The position numbers and the translations under genes were made by a program. From the NCBI GenBank assembly GCA_964405835.1, contig CAYOPN010000003.1, positions 29,273-93,272 on the forward strand: a stretch of DNA of 64,000 bases, read 5' to 3'. This stretch comes from an uncultured Elusimicrobia bacterium. Its GTDB lineage: Bacteria > Elusimicrobiota > Elusimicrobia > F11. Positions 26,280 through 34,550 of this stretch are shown here, one piece after another. Under the pieces are notes generated by a model. The model did not search any database. It was not told the origin of the DNA and was given only the letters and a program-made list of their open reading frames with translations. Numbering within the stretch: position 1 is the stretch's first letter; each line of letters begins with the position of its first letter.

Positions 26280-27769
26280 GGCACGACCAGTGTCGAACCG
26301 GCCTTGGGCAACCCGCGCTCGATTTTGTCGGGGTTAGCGTTGTAGATTTTCTTCCACTGGTTCGGGTCGCCGTAATATTCCCGCGCAATCGACTGCAGCG
26401 TCTCACCGGCCTGCACTCTGTGCGTGCGCACGGTGTTTTGTTTACGGCGGATCTCGCTGAGTGTGCCGCGCTCTGCGGAAAGGTTGCCTTCCAGATCGCG
26501 GATGCGGGCCTTTAGGTCCCGGATCACGGCGTCGCGCTCCCCCAACAAATCTTTGTTTTTGAGCTGATCAATGCGGGACTTGGCGTTTTCCATCTCTTCG
26601 ACCGCCAGCCGTTTCTTCTGTTCAAGCTCGGCCAAGGACGCTTTCAGTTCCGCTTCGCGTGAGGTCATCAGCACCACATTCTGGTCGAGCTGGCTGGCCT
26701 GTTCCAACGCGCGGTCGTAATAAATTTCTGAGAACTGTGGCCGGCCGAACTTGTAGGTGAGCGACGCCCGGAACTGGCTCGCGTCGTCGTTGGCGGTCTT
26801 AAGCGGGATCAGATAGGCGATGTCGATCTGCATCGGCGAGATGTAAAGTCCGACGCCGGTGGCCAGGAAGTCGATACCGCCATCATCGCGCGAACCCCAA
26901 CCGAGCCGCGGACGCACCACCCCGCGTGCGAGCAGCCATTCCATCCCGGGATGAATGCGCCAGACACCGCCTGTTCCGAACTCCAAGTCGGCGATCATCA
27001 ACAAATAGTCCGCGTATTTAAATTGCACGCCACCGATGAGCGAGGGGCCGTCCGCGTTGGCGCCGGGATTAAAAATCTGCCGGAGCGCGAGCCCCGACTG
27101 GAGCCGGCGGTTCATGGGAAAAATGAAGCCTCCCGTAAAACCCAAACCAATATTGGACTCGCCAATGCGGGAAGATTTATCGTCGCCATTCTGGTGGCGG
27201 ATCGTGGCGGCCAGACCGACTTTGGCCGGAAATTTGAGGAAGCCTTTGGTCCAACGTTCCAATGGCGCATCGCCGGCGGTGCCCATCGTGATGTCGACCA
27301 TGTGCGCGCCCTCGGCCGGCGTCATGCCATACACGCCCAGCGCGACCGGGTAATTCTTATCGCGGAACCGGTACGGCCGCGCATACACGCCGTTGAAATC
27401 GGAACCGGCCGTTAACCCCACGCTATGAAACCGGCCGTAATCGACCGTCATTTCTTCTTGAGTGATGTCGTGAAGACCCGCCGGGTTGTAGAAAAGCGCG
27501 TAGGAATCGCCCGACACCGCCGAATAGCCGTTTCCCAGCGCCAGAGGGCGGGCGCCGCGGCCTTGCCGCGGGGAGGCATGGCTCATCGCCACCAGTGCCA
27601 CCACGAACACGAAAACAAAAACCAGCACGGGGAGCCAACGGATATAGAACGGGTCTTTACGCCAGATGGGGCGGGGAGGGCCTAACTTGAACAGGGCGGG
27701 CCGGTCACTAAGGTGCCGGTGCTTTTCAGGATTATTTTTGTGTGTTGGTTCCGAGCGCATAGAGTCCAA
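26276..27769 (-). CDS. Outer-membrane beta-barrel protein with coiled-coil segment and C-terminal LysM domain (paralogue of 827..2110)
   Basis: FYNPAGL motif shared with the 827 ORF; LysM RVQAGETLQSIAREYYGDPNQWKKIYNANPDKI...STLVVP. Confidence 0.6.
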   Translation of the reverse strand: MDSMRSEPTHKNNPEKHRHLSDRPALFKLGPPRPIWRKDPFYIRWLPVLVFVFVFVVALVAMSHASPRQGRGARPLALGNGYSAVSGDSYALFYNPAGLHDITQEEMTVDYGRFHSVGLTAGSDFNGVYARPYRFRDKNYPVALGVYGMTPAEGAHMVDITMGTAGDAPLERWTKGFLKFPAKVGLAATIRHQNGDDKSSRIGESNIGLGFTGGFIFPMNRRLQSGLALRQIFNPGANADGPSLIGGVQFKYADYLLMIADLEFGTGGVWRIHPGMEWLLARGVVRPRLGWGSRDDGGIDFLATGVGLYISPMQIDIAYLIPLKTANDDASQFRASLTYKFGRPQFSEIYYDRALEQASQLDQNVVLMTSREAELKASLAELEQKKRLAVEEMENAKSRIDQLKNKDLLGERDAVIRDLKARIRDLEGNLSAERGTLSEIRRKQNTVRTHRVQAGETLQSIAREYYGDPNQWKKIYNANPDKIERGLPKAGSTLVVP

Positions 27770-27780
27770 TTCGGCGAAGT

Positions 27781-27852
27781 CGTCATCCTGGAATGTCTCT
27801 ATCCAGGATCCACTTTAACATGGGCCCTGGATTAAGACATTCCAGGGCGACG
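27781..27852. repeat. REPIN-like inverted doublet of the ATGTCTTAA-loop hairpin element
   Basis: cgtcatCCTGGAatgtctctaTCCAGGatcc (27781-27811) and, inverted, ccCTGGAttaagacatTCCAGGgcgacg (27826-27852). Outer arms are mutually complementary. Confidence 0.6.
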
Positions 27853-27913
27853 AACTACGTCGATTTGGTTCTAAGCGTAAGGGGATTGAGGCGGAAAATC
27901 AACGCGTCTTTTA

Positions 27914-28063
27914 TTAATTGGCCGAGGAGGAAACGGGGGCGACACCCTTCTTAACTTTGCCTTCCGCGATCAATTTGGCGCGCTGGCGTTTGAGGCGGCG
28001 TTTCCAGCGTTGATCGTTCTTATGACGGGTGCGTTTTTGACCACTTTTTGTGCGATGACTCAT
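27914..28063 (-). CDS. Candidate small, highly basic protein (49 aa), not in ORF track
   Basis: ATG 28063 with GGAG 8-11 nt upstream: MSHRTKSGQKRTRHKNDQRWKRRLKRQRAKLIAEGKVKKGVAPVSSSAN. Lies between the REPIN and hemH. Confidence 0.3.
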   Translation of the reverse strand: MSHRTKSGQKRTRHKNDQRWKRRLKRQRAKLIAEGKVKKGVAPVSSSAN

Positions 28064-28174
28064 GAAATGACGGCTCCAATATTTGAATTGTGATGGGGTC
28101 AGTTACCACTTTAAGCAAAGCTAGGCAACCGCGGCCTTCCCACAACCGCTTTCAAGTTTGCTAACAGGTGAGGC

Positions 28175-29161
28175 ATGAGTCCAGCGAAACGCGCGATTTT
28201 GTTTCTCAATTTGGGCGGGCCGGAAACACAGGACGACGTGAAGCCGTTTTTGTATCGGCTGTTTGAAGACCCGGAAATCATTCGTATCCGGTTCACGCCG
28301 CTGCGGAAGTTTGTGGCGTGGGCCATCACGGCGTCGCGCTGGAAAGAATCCCAAAAAATGTACCAGATGATCGGCGGCGGCTCGCCGATCCGCCGCCTGA
28401 CCGATGAGCAGGCCGCGGCCACCCAGACGTCCCTCGAGAAAAAAGGGTATCTCGCCAAAATCCGCACCGCGTTCAACTGCTCGGCGCCGCTCGTGGAAGA
28501 CGTTGTCAAAGAACTGGCCGACGCCGGTTACGACCGGTTCCTGGCGTTCCCGCTTTACCCGCAATATTCGCTCACCACAACCAAAGGCGCGCTTGACCGC
28601 TCCCGCGCCGCCGTGAAAAAATTCGCGCCGAAAGCCTCCTTTCACGAAATCAATTCTTGGCACCTGCAACCCGACTTCATCCGGGCCCATGCGGACCTCA
28701 TCCGCGAGACCGCGCGCGGTTTTTCGGACAAAGACGACCGGAACACCCACCTCGTTTTTTCAGCCCATTCGATCCCCGAGAAACTCGTGACCGAGCTCGG
28801 CGACCCGTACAAAAAACAGATGGAAGAGACCGTCAAAGCGGTGGTTGAAAAAGCCGCCTGGAAAGGACCTTGGACGCTGGCCTGGCAATCCAAATTGGGC
28901 CCCGTCAAATGGCTGGGACCGTCGACGGAAGAAACGGTGTTACAGCTCGGGAAAAACGGGGTCAAACAAGTGCTTGTGGACCCGATTGCGTTTGTGACCG
29001 ACCACATCGAAACGCTTTACGAGCTTGATCAAGAACTGGCCGAAGAGGCCAAGGAAGCGGGCGTGTCGGAATTCCGGCGGACGCCGGGGCTCAACAGCAA
29101 CCCCGGCTTCATCGCGGGGTTGACCGATATCGCTATTCAGCAGCGATCGTTTTGGGACTAG
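28175..29161 (+). CDS. hemH: Ferrochelatase
   Basis: LFLNLGGPE, FPLYPQYSLTT, FSAHSIP, AFVTDHIETLYELD signature blocks. Confidence 0.9.
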   Translation: MSPAKRAILFLNLGGPETQDDVKPFLYRLFEDPEIIRIRFTPLRKFVAWAITASRWKESQKMYQMIGGGSPIRRLTDEQAAATQTSLEKKGYLAKIRTAFNCSAPLVEDVVKELADAGYDRFLAFPLYPQYSLTTTKGALDRSRAAVKKFAPKASFHEINSWHLQPDFIRAHADLIRETARGFSDKDDRNTHLVFSAHSIPEKLVTELGDPYKKQMEETVKAVVEKAAWKGPWTLAWQSKLGPVKWLGPSTEETVLQLGKNGVKQVLVDPIAFVTDHIETLYELDQELAEEAKEAGVSEFRRTPGLNSNPGFIAGLTDIAIQQRSFWD

Positions 29162-30149
29162 AAAAATTCCGGACGGCCTCTCCCACTTTGCGGTTTAAAT
29201 CGTAAACGACCTGGGCCATCGCGCTATCCACCCAACCCTCCACCGTCTTCTCCATCAACGCGTCCAAGAGTTGTCCTTCTTTTTCCGTTAAGGGGGTCGT
29301 ATCGGGAAATCCCGGCTCCCATTCGTACCCGCCTATGAATGTTTTCCGGTAACCGTGACGGCGGCGCCATTCGCCCATGTCGTATTTCCAGCGATAACCT
29401 CGGGGAAGAGAAATGCAGGTACCTTGCGAAGCTGGCGCAGTAGAACGGGTGACTTCAAAATCGATTTTGACCGGCATATGCCACAAATTGATTTGAAACA
29501 GCGCGGGAGTCGAACCGTAAAGTCCGTCTGCGGAATAACGCAGCTTTAGCGGCTTCTCCATTTTCCAATTGGGTTTGGCAGGCCGCGGCACCGACGACCA
29601 GTCGGCGCCTTTTTGCGTGTCGCCGGTCGCCAAATAATCCGCCAATCTTTTTTTCACCCAATACCCCCACACGTTGCGCAGAACACGGTCATAAAAAGCG
29701 CCAGCGACCGGGTCCATCATCGGCCGCTCATCGGCCAACGAGTTGTAAAAATATCCTTTTCCTGAAAAGAACTGATAGCCGTGCCGGTGCCGCCACAAAT
29801 TCCAAGGACTCTCGTTTTTGTTCCGGGTGATGGGATCGATGCGCATCGTCAGCAAGCTCTTCCGGGTTACGTCCGTCTCAAACGTGACTTCCGCTCCCAC
29901 CCCCCACATTTCGGCGCGCGACACGCCATAACTGGGAGCGATCCATTCAACGGGACTGAAATTAATTTCGTCGCCGCGGCGGTCGGTGGTCTGCTGCCAA
30001 CCGGGCTCCAAGAATTTCGCGAACAAATCGAGGGTAAAAACGTCTTCTCTGATTTCGGGGACTTCCGCGGCCGTTTCCCCAGCGGAAAGCGGGAGTGAAA
30101 GGAGGGCGGAAAAAACCAGCGCCAGCCCCAGCGGGCGGCGCAACATCAT
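29133..30149 (-). CDS. Secreted hypothetical protein (signal peptide)
   Basis: MMLRRPLGLALVFSALLSLPLSAGE signal; Trp/Tyr-rich; no recognised motif. Confidence 0.35.
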   Translation of the reverse strand: MMLRRPLGLALVFSALLSLPLSAGETAAEVPEIREDVFTLDLFAKFLEPGWQQTTDRRGDEINFSPVEWIAPSYGVSRAEMWGVGAEVTFETDVTRKSLLTMRIDPITRNKNESPWNLWRHRHGYQFFSGKGYFYNSLADERPMMDPVAGAFYDRVLRNVWGYWVKKRLADYLATGDTQKGADWSSVPRPAKPNWKMEKPLKLRYSADGLYGSTPALFQINLWHMPVKIDFEVTRSTAPASQGTCISLPRGYRWKYDMGEWRRRHGYRKTFIGGYEWEPGFPDTTPLTEKEGQLLDALMEKTVEGWVDSAMAQVVYDLNRKVGEAVRNFSSPKTIAAE

Positions 30150-30925
30150 CGAGAGGAACGGATGAGTTGGATCAACCGTGGGATCTCTTCGCGCGCGTGG
30201 CCGTGGTATTCACGCCCTTTATCGGAAGAGAGCACGTCTTCCCAGATGGCAATCGCCTCCAGGTAACGTTTTTGAAATTTGTAGGAATTGGCCAGGACCG
30301 ACTTCACGATGGTGGGGCAATTCGGATCGCGCAGCGCGTCTTCCAACATGCGGATCATGTTTTGCATCTGGTTCGTGCGCATGTACCCGATGCCCGCGGC
30401 ATAGGTCCGGAAGGCCCAATACGTCGGATTGTAATGGATCCCTTCGGCCAGGACTTCCAACGCTTCATCGGGACGGTTCGTGGAGCGCAGCCAGGCCAGC
30501 GTGGCTGCGCCAAACAAATAGGCGCGGTGGAAATAGGGATCAATGCGCGTCACGCGCAGCGTGTCATTTTTGAGATAGGGATAATTTTTCGAGCTCTTGA
30601 CCCCATCGTAACTGCCCATGTTTTGAAGCAATTGGACCCAGGCCACGTCGGCTGCCAAGCGGCGAAAGCCGAACGTGATAAAGGCCGCGTCCTGAATGCC
30701 GCTGGTTTTTGTGAGCAACGCATCAAAATGCGGGAAAGGCGGTGTGTAGCTCCGCTCCAGACGGATTTGAGAAAACAGCAAGAGGAGCAGCAGCCCGACA
30801 AATAAAATTGGTTTTTTAAGGGACGCCGCCGTCACTAAAATTCCTTTTTCGAAAACGACCAGCTGGTGAGAAAAAGCGCAATGCCGACGTACGACACGGA
30901 ATACAGGGCCAGCCAACCGAACCAT
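30146..30925 (-). CDS. TPR-like repeat protein with N-terminal TM
   Basis: N-terminal TM; helical-repeat pattern (AYLFGAATLAWL..., EALEVLAEGIHYNP...). Confidence 0.35.
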   Translation of the reverse strand: MVRLAGPVFRVVRRHCAFSHQLVVFEKGILVTAASLKKPILFVGLLLLLLFSQIRLERSYTPPFPHFDALLTKTSGIQDAAFITFGFRRLAADVAWVQLLQNMGSYDGVKSSKNYPYLKNDTLRVTRIDPYFHRAYLFGAATLAWLRSTNRPDEALEVLAEGIHYNPTYWAFRTYAAGIGYMRTNQMQNMIRMLEDALRDPNCPTIVKSVLANSYKFQKRYLEAIAIWEDVLSSDKGREYHGHAREEIPRLIQLIRSSR

Positions 30926-31602
30926 ATTGCGGGCGGGGTCACCGTGGCCTGCCAGAAATCCCGGTAATTAAAAATCCCAAAATTGGGGGCGACATAACTG
31001 AGGAACTCCGCCACCGCTTTCACGAGCGGGTTGGCCGAACGCTCGGACATGTACCGCAATTCCGAAGTAAAGTGCCCCAGCACCCACAAAAAACCGGTGA
31101 GTGTCATAGAAGAAGCGGTGGACGTTGTGATTAGGGATATCAATAGCGCCAGGGACCCAACCACGGCAATTTTGGCGATAGAACAGAGCACAGCAATCGG
31201 ATAAAAAAGTTCGAGTTTCCATCCCATGAGTTTGAGGCTGCCGACATGCAGCACGGCCATGATCAGCATTCCGCACACGAGCGCCGCCAGGGTCCCGGCA
31301 AACCGGCCGACGATGTATTGCCAGCGTTCGACCGGATGGCTGAGAATGAGATAAACACTGCGCGTTTCCATTTCCGTAAGCACCAGATTGACGGTCACGA
31401 ACAACACCGCGAGCAATGCCAGAAATTCAATGCCGCCCAACCCCAGATCGAGCATCATGCGCGTCTGTTCCTCGACGGCCAGCGCCGAAATGACCACCCC
31501 GCCGCCCATGAGAATGATCCCGAAAAGCACAACCGTAAAGTAGATCTTGTTGCGGATATGTTCTTTCAGCGTGTACTGCGCGACAGCTAAGAGGCTTTCC
31601 AT
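30835..31602 (-). CDS. ABC-2-type transporter permease
   Basis: Six predicted TM helices; partner ATPase immediately upstream. Confidence 0.55.
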   Translation of the reverse strand: MESLLAVAQYTLKEHIRNKIYFTVVLFGIILMGGGVVISALAVEEQTRMMLDLGLGGIEFLALLAVLFVTVNLVLTEMETRSVYLILSHPVERWQYIVGRFAGTLAALVCGMLIMAVLHVGSLKLMGWKLELFYPIAVLCSIAKIAVVGSLALLISLITTSTASSMTLTGFLWVLGHFTSELRYMSERSANPLVKAVAEFLSYVAPNFGIFNYRDFWQATVTPPAIWFGWLALYSVSYVGIALFLTSWSFSKKEF

Positions 31603-32375
31603 TTTCCCTCCTCAATAAATTTGAGCGGGCCGATGCTTTCGGTGCGGACCACCGAGGAAGCAAACACCTCTTCCAGCTTGCCTTCTTTTCCTTTCCAATC
31701 GGTGTTTTCCATCACGGTCGTCAGATGACCGGCCGCCAGAATGCCGATGCGGTCGCAGACCCGCTCGACTTCGGAAATGTTGTGCGAGGACAAAAGGACC
31801 GTTTTCCCCTGGGACTTGAGCCACAAGATCAATTGACGGAGCTCCTGGATCGCGAGCGGATCGAGGCCGGTCACCGGCTCGTCCATAATCAAAATGTCGG
31901 GGTTGTGCACAAGCGCCTGGCCCATACTGACGCGCTGCATCATTCCTTTGGAATAATCGGAGATGCGGCGATCGGCGCTTTTGGACAAGCCCACTTTTTC
32001 GAGGATATCGTTGATGCGCTCTTCCCGCCCCGCGCGCGGCATGCGGGACAGTTTTGCGAAGGTGCGCAGGGCCTCCCGGCCGGTGAGATATTTGTTGATA
32101 TAAGCGGCCTCCGGCAGGTAGCCGATCTTGGTCAATGCGGAGAGGTCCGGCATTCGCCGTCCCATTACTTCCACTTTGCCCTTCGTGGGGCGCAACAGAC
32201 CCAACAACAATTTGATGGTGGTGGTTTTTCCCGAACCGTTCAGGCCCAGAAGGCCGAACACTTCTCCTTGGCGGATTTCGAGCGACAGGTCCGAAAGCCC
32301 AAGGCTTTCCTTGGTCCTGCCGAGGTGGGACCGTTTGTATATCTTCGTCAATTTTTCAAACCGGATAATGCTCAT
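31587..32375 (-). CDS. ABC transporter ATP-binding protein
   Basis: Walker A GLNGSGKTTT; signature YSKGMMQRVSMG; Walker B ILIMDEPVTGLD. Confidence 0.85.
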   Translation of the reverse strand: MSIIRFEKLTKIYKRSHLGRTKESLGLSDLSLEIRQGEVFGLLGLNGSGKTTTIKLLLGLLRPTKGKVEVMGRRMPDLSALTKIGYLPEAAYINKYLTGREALRTFAKLSRMPRAGREERINDILEKVGLSKSADRRISDYSKGMMQRVSMGQALVHNPDILIMDEPVTGLDPLAIQELRQLILWLKSQGKTVLLSSHNISEVERVCDRIGILAAGHLTTVMENTDWKGKEGKLEEVFASSVVRTESIGPLKFIEEGKWKAS

Positions 32376-33073
32376 TCCTCACTCCTTCGAAAAAAACGGT
32401 AATGCACCCGGTAAAATATAAAAATCAGCGCGATCCAGAAAAAAGGACTTGAGACAACACGCAGGAGCATCGCTTTAAACCGCTCCTTTTTTTTCTGTCC
32501 CTCCGTGTATTCGCGGCCGGCCACAACAAATTCAAAATCCGGTTTTTCATAGGGAATTTCCAACTCCAGCGGCTCCTTCCCCACCACCTTTAATCTGGTC
32601 ACAAAAACGCCGTCCTCCTCGTGCCGTTGGCCCGACCGCGCGATTTCCTCGTAATACTCGCGAAAAAATTGGGCGCGCCCGGAAAGCCGCGCGCCCACCG
32701 GTGCTACCGGATACGAAATGTCGAACTCAACACGGGCCGCGGAAGGACCAAAAGGTTCCTGGATGAAACGGGGGCGGAAATCGTCAAAAGCCAGCGCGCG
32801 GCCGTCGGAAAAAATCTGGAAGGACTTGGAAATATAGTCTTTGGCGCGGGATTGATAGAGCGGGTCCCAATCACGGGCGGGAAGCGGTTTGTTGGCGGGT
32901 ACATTCATTATCTCATCGGTCCAGTATTCCGCGTGGGCGTCAATATGAACACGCACGCGGTCTGCTTCGATTTTCAATTTGACTTCCACCGGATGCATCC
33001 GGAATTCGTGGGCGGAAAGAATGGGATTGATAAGTCCTGCCAACACCAGCGCCGGCGTGAGGCGAAATTTCAT
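32372..33073 (-). CDS. Hypothetical periplasmic protein with C-terminal TM anchor
   Basis: Signal MKFRLTPALVLAGLINPILSA; C-terminal hydrophobic FFWIALIFIFY. Confidence 0.35.
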   Translation of the reverse strand: MKFRLTPALVLAGLINPILSAHEFRMHPVEVKLKIEADRVRVHIDAHAEYWTDEIMNVPANKPLPARDWDPLYQSRAKDYISKSFQIFSDGRALAFDDFRPRFIQEPFGPSAARVEFDISYPVAPVGARLSGRAQFFREYYEEIARSGQRHEEDGVFVTRLKVVGKEPLELEIPYEKPDFEFVVAGREYTEGQKKKERFKAMLLRVVSSPFFWIALIFIFYRVHYRFFRRSEE

Positions 33074-33948
33074 GCGTGGACTTTAATAAGCCGTACCTTG
33101 TTTATCAAGACGCAGATGAGCAAGACCACCGCGAAAACCGCCACATTGGTGGGTCCCAACGGAAGGTCATAGTGATACGAGACATAGAAACCAGCCAGCC
33201 CACTGAATCCTCCCACCAGCGACGAAGCCAGGAAAAAACCCGGCATCCGTCGACAAAAACGCCGCACCGCGAGCGGAGGGATCACAAAAGCCGCGAACGT
33301 CAACATGGGTCCCGCAATCAGCACCCCGAGGGAAATGGCGATACCAATGATGGAATAAAGCAGCACATCCCATGCGGCGACATTTTTACCGATGGTCCGC
33401 GCGAAATCCCGGTCAAACGACACCATCAAGAGCGACCGGTGCGCCACCAGAAGGACCCCGGTCAACAACGCGAACGCCGAAAGCAGCAACGTCAAATCGC
33501 TGGCGCCGACCGTCACGATTTCCCCCTGCAACAGACCCAGGAGTTCTATTTTTCCCGATGGATTTTTGGCCACCAGCAAAATGGCCAGCGCGGAAGCCAC
33601 CGAATAAAACGCGCCGATGCGGTTTTGAACGGCCCCGTCTCCTTTTCTTTCAAGAATCGCCAAGATCAAGAGAGCACCAAGCGTAAACAATAGCGAACCC
33701 GCCAGGGCCGCGAACCGGTCGTTCACTTCGCCCGGATGCAGCGACCAGTGGACCCCCATTCCCTGCAGGAAAAACGCGAAGGCAATGCCAGCCGCCGAGA
33801 TTTGCGGGAGCGCAACGCCCATGAGCACCATGCGGCGCAACATGAAATAAACACCGATCAACGGGCAGAAGAAACCGACCGCCACGCTGCCCCAAAGCGC
33901 ATGCCGCAAAATAAAACCATGTTCAAACAACTGGAAGAAATCACTCAT
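33070..33948 (-). CDS. znuB: Metal (Zn/Mn) ABC transporter permease, ABC-3 family
   Basis: Multi-TM permease typical of ZnuB/TroC-type; sits between the ATPase and downstream genes. Confidence 0.75.
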   Translation of the reverse strand: MSDFFQLFEHGFILRHALWGSVAVGFFCPLIGVYFMLRRMVLMGVALPQISAAGIAFAFFLQGMGVHWSLHPGEVNDRFAALAGSLLFTLGALLILAILERKGDGAVQNRIGAFYSVASALAILLVAKNPSGKIELLGLLQGEIVTVGASDLTLLLSAFALLTGVLLVAHRSLLMVSFDRDFARTIGKNVAAWDVLLYSIIGIAISLGVLIAGPMLTFAAFVIPPLAVRRFCRRMPGFFLASSLVGGFSGLAGFYVSYHYDLPLGPTNVAVFAVVLLICVLINKVRLIKVHA

Positions 33949-34550
33949 GGCTGGCCCAACGAAAGGGTCTTTTTGGCATAACGTTTGAGCAGCGGGATTT
34001 TGTGGGAGACCAGCACAATGGCGAGGTTGTCCCGGGTGTTTAACTCCGCCAGCATGTCCATGATTTCTTGCTCCGCCACCGCATCCACGCCAGACGTGGG
34101 TTCGTCCAGCACCAACACACGCGGCGCGACCGCCAGCGCGCGTGCGATCAGTACCCGTTGCTGTTGGCCGCCGGATAACGCCGCGTAGGATGCATCGATG
34201 TGCGGCGCCATTTTGACCTTCTCAAGGAACGTCAGCACGATCGCGCGTTCCGGCGCGGAACCCGTGAGACTCATGCGCACCACATCAAACACCGTGAGCG
34301 GATAAAGCGGGTCCAATTGCCCGCGCTGTGGGACATATCCGATTCGATTCGCCATCTCGGGATAACGCGTCACTTGGCCCCGCAACGGCTTGAGCAAACC
34401 CAAGATCCCTTTCATCAATGTGGTCTTGCCGGAACCGTTTTCTCCGACGATACCGAGGAAATCGCCCTCGTTGATGACCAGGTCAAAGTCCGATAGGACG
34501 ACGTTTGGCCCGTAACCGAACGAGGTTTTTTGAAGTGATAAGAGTTCTAT
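33945..34550 (-). CDS. znuC: Metal ABC transporter ATP-binding protein; canonical start codon not found
   Basis: Reading upstream of the track start (34418) in frame: (I)ELLSLQKTSFGYGPNVVLSDFDLVINEGDFLGIVGENGSGKTTL (N-terminus with Walker A). Only ATA/CTG/TTG candidates; an in-frame TGA lies a few codons upstream, inside znuA's last codons. Confidence 0.65.
   Translation of the reverse strand: MELLSLQKTSFGYGPNVVLSDFDLVINEGDFLGIVGENGSGKTTLMKGILGLLKPLRGQVTRYPEMANRIGYVPQRGQLDPLYPLTVFDVVRMSLTGSAPERAIVLTFLEKVKMAPHIDASYAALSGGQQQRVLIARALAVAPRVLVLDEPTSGVDAVAEQEIMDMLAELNTRDNLAIVLVSHKIPLLKRYAKKTLSLGQP

Noticed and set aside
28121-28750. 209-aa minus-strand ORF
   Set aside because: Antisense to ferrochelatase hemH, which has unambiguous signature motifs.
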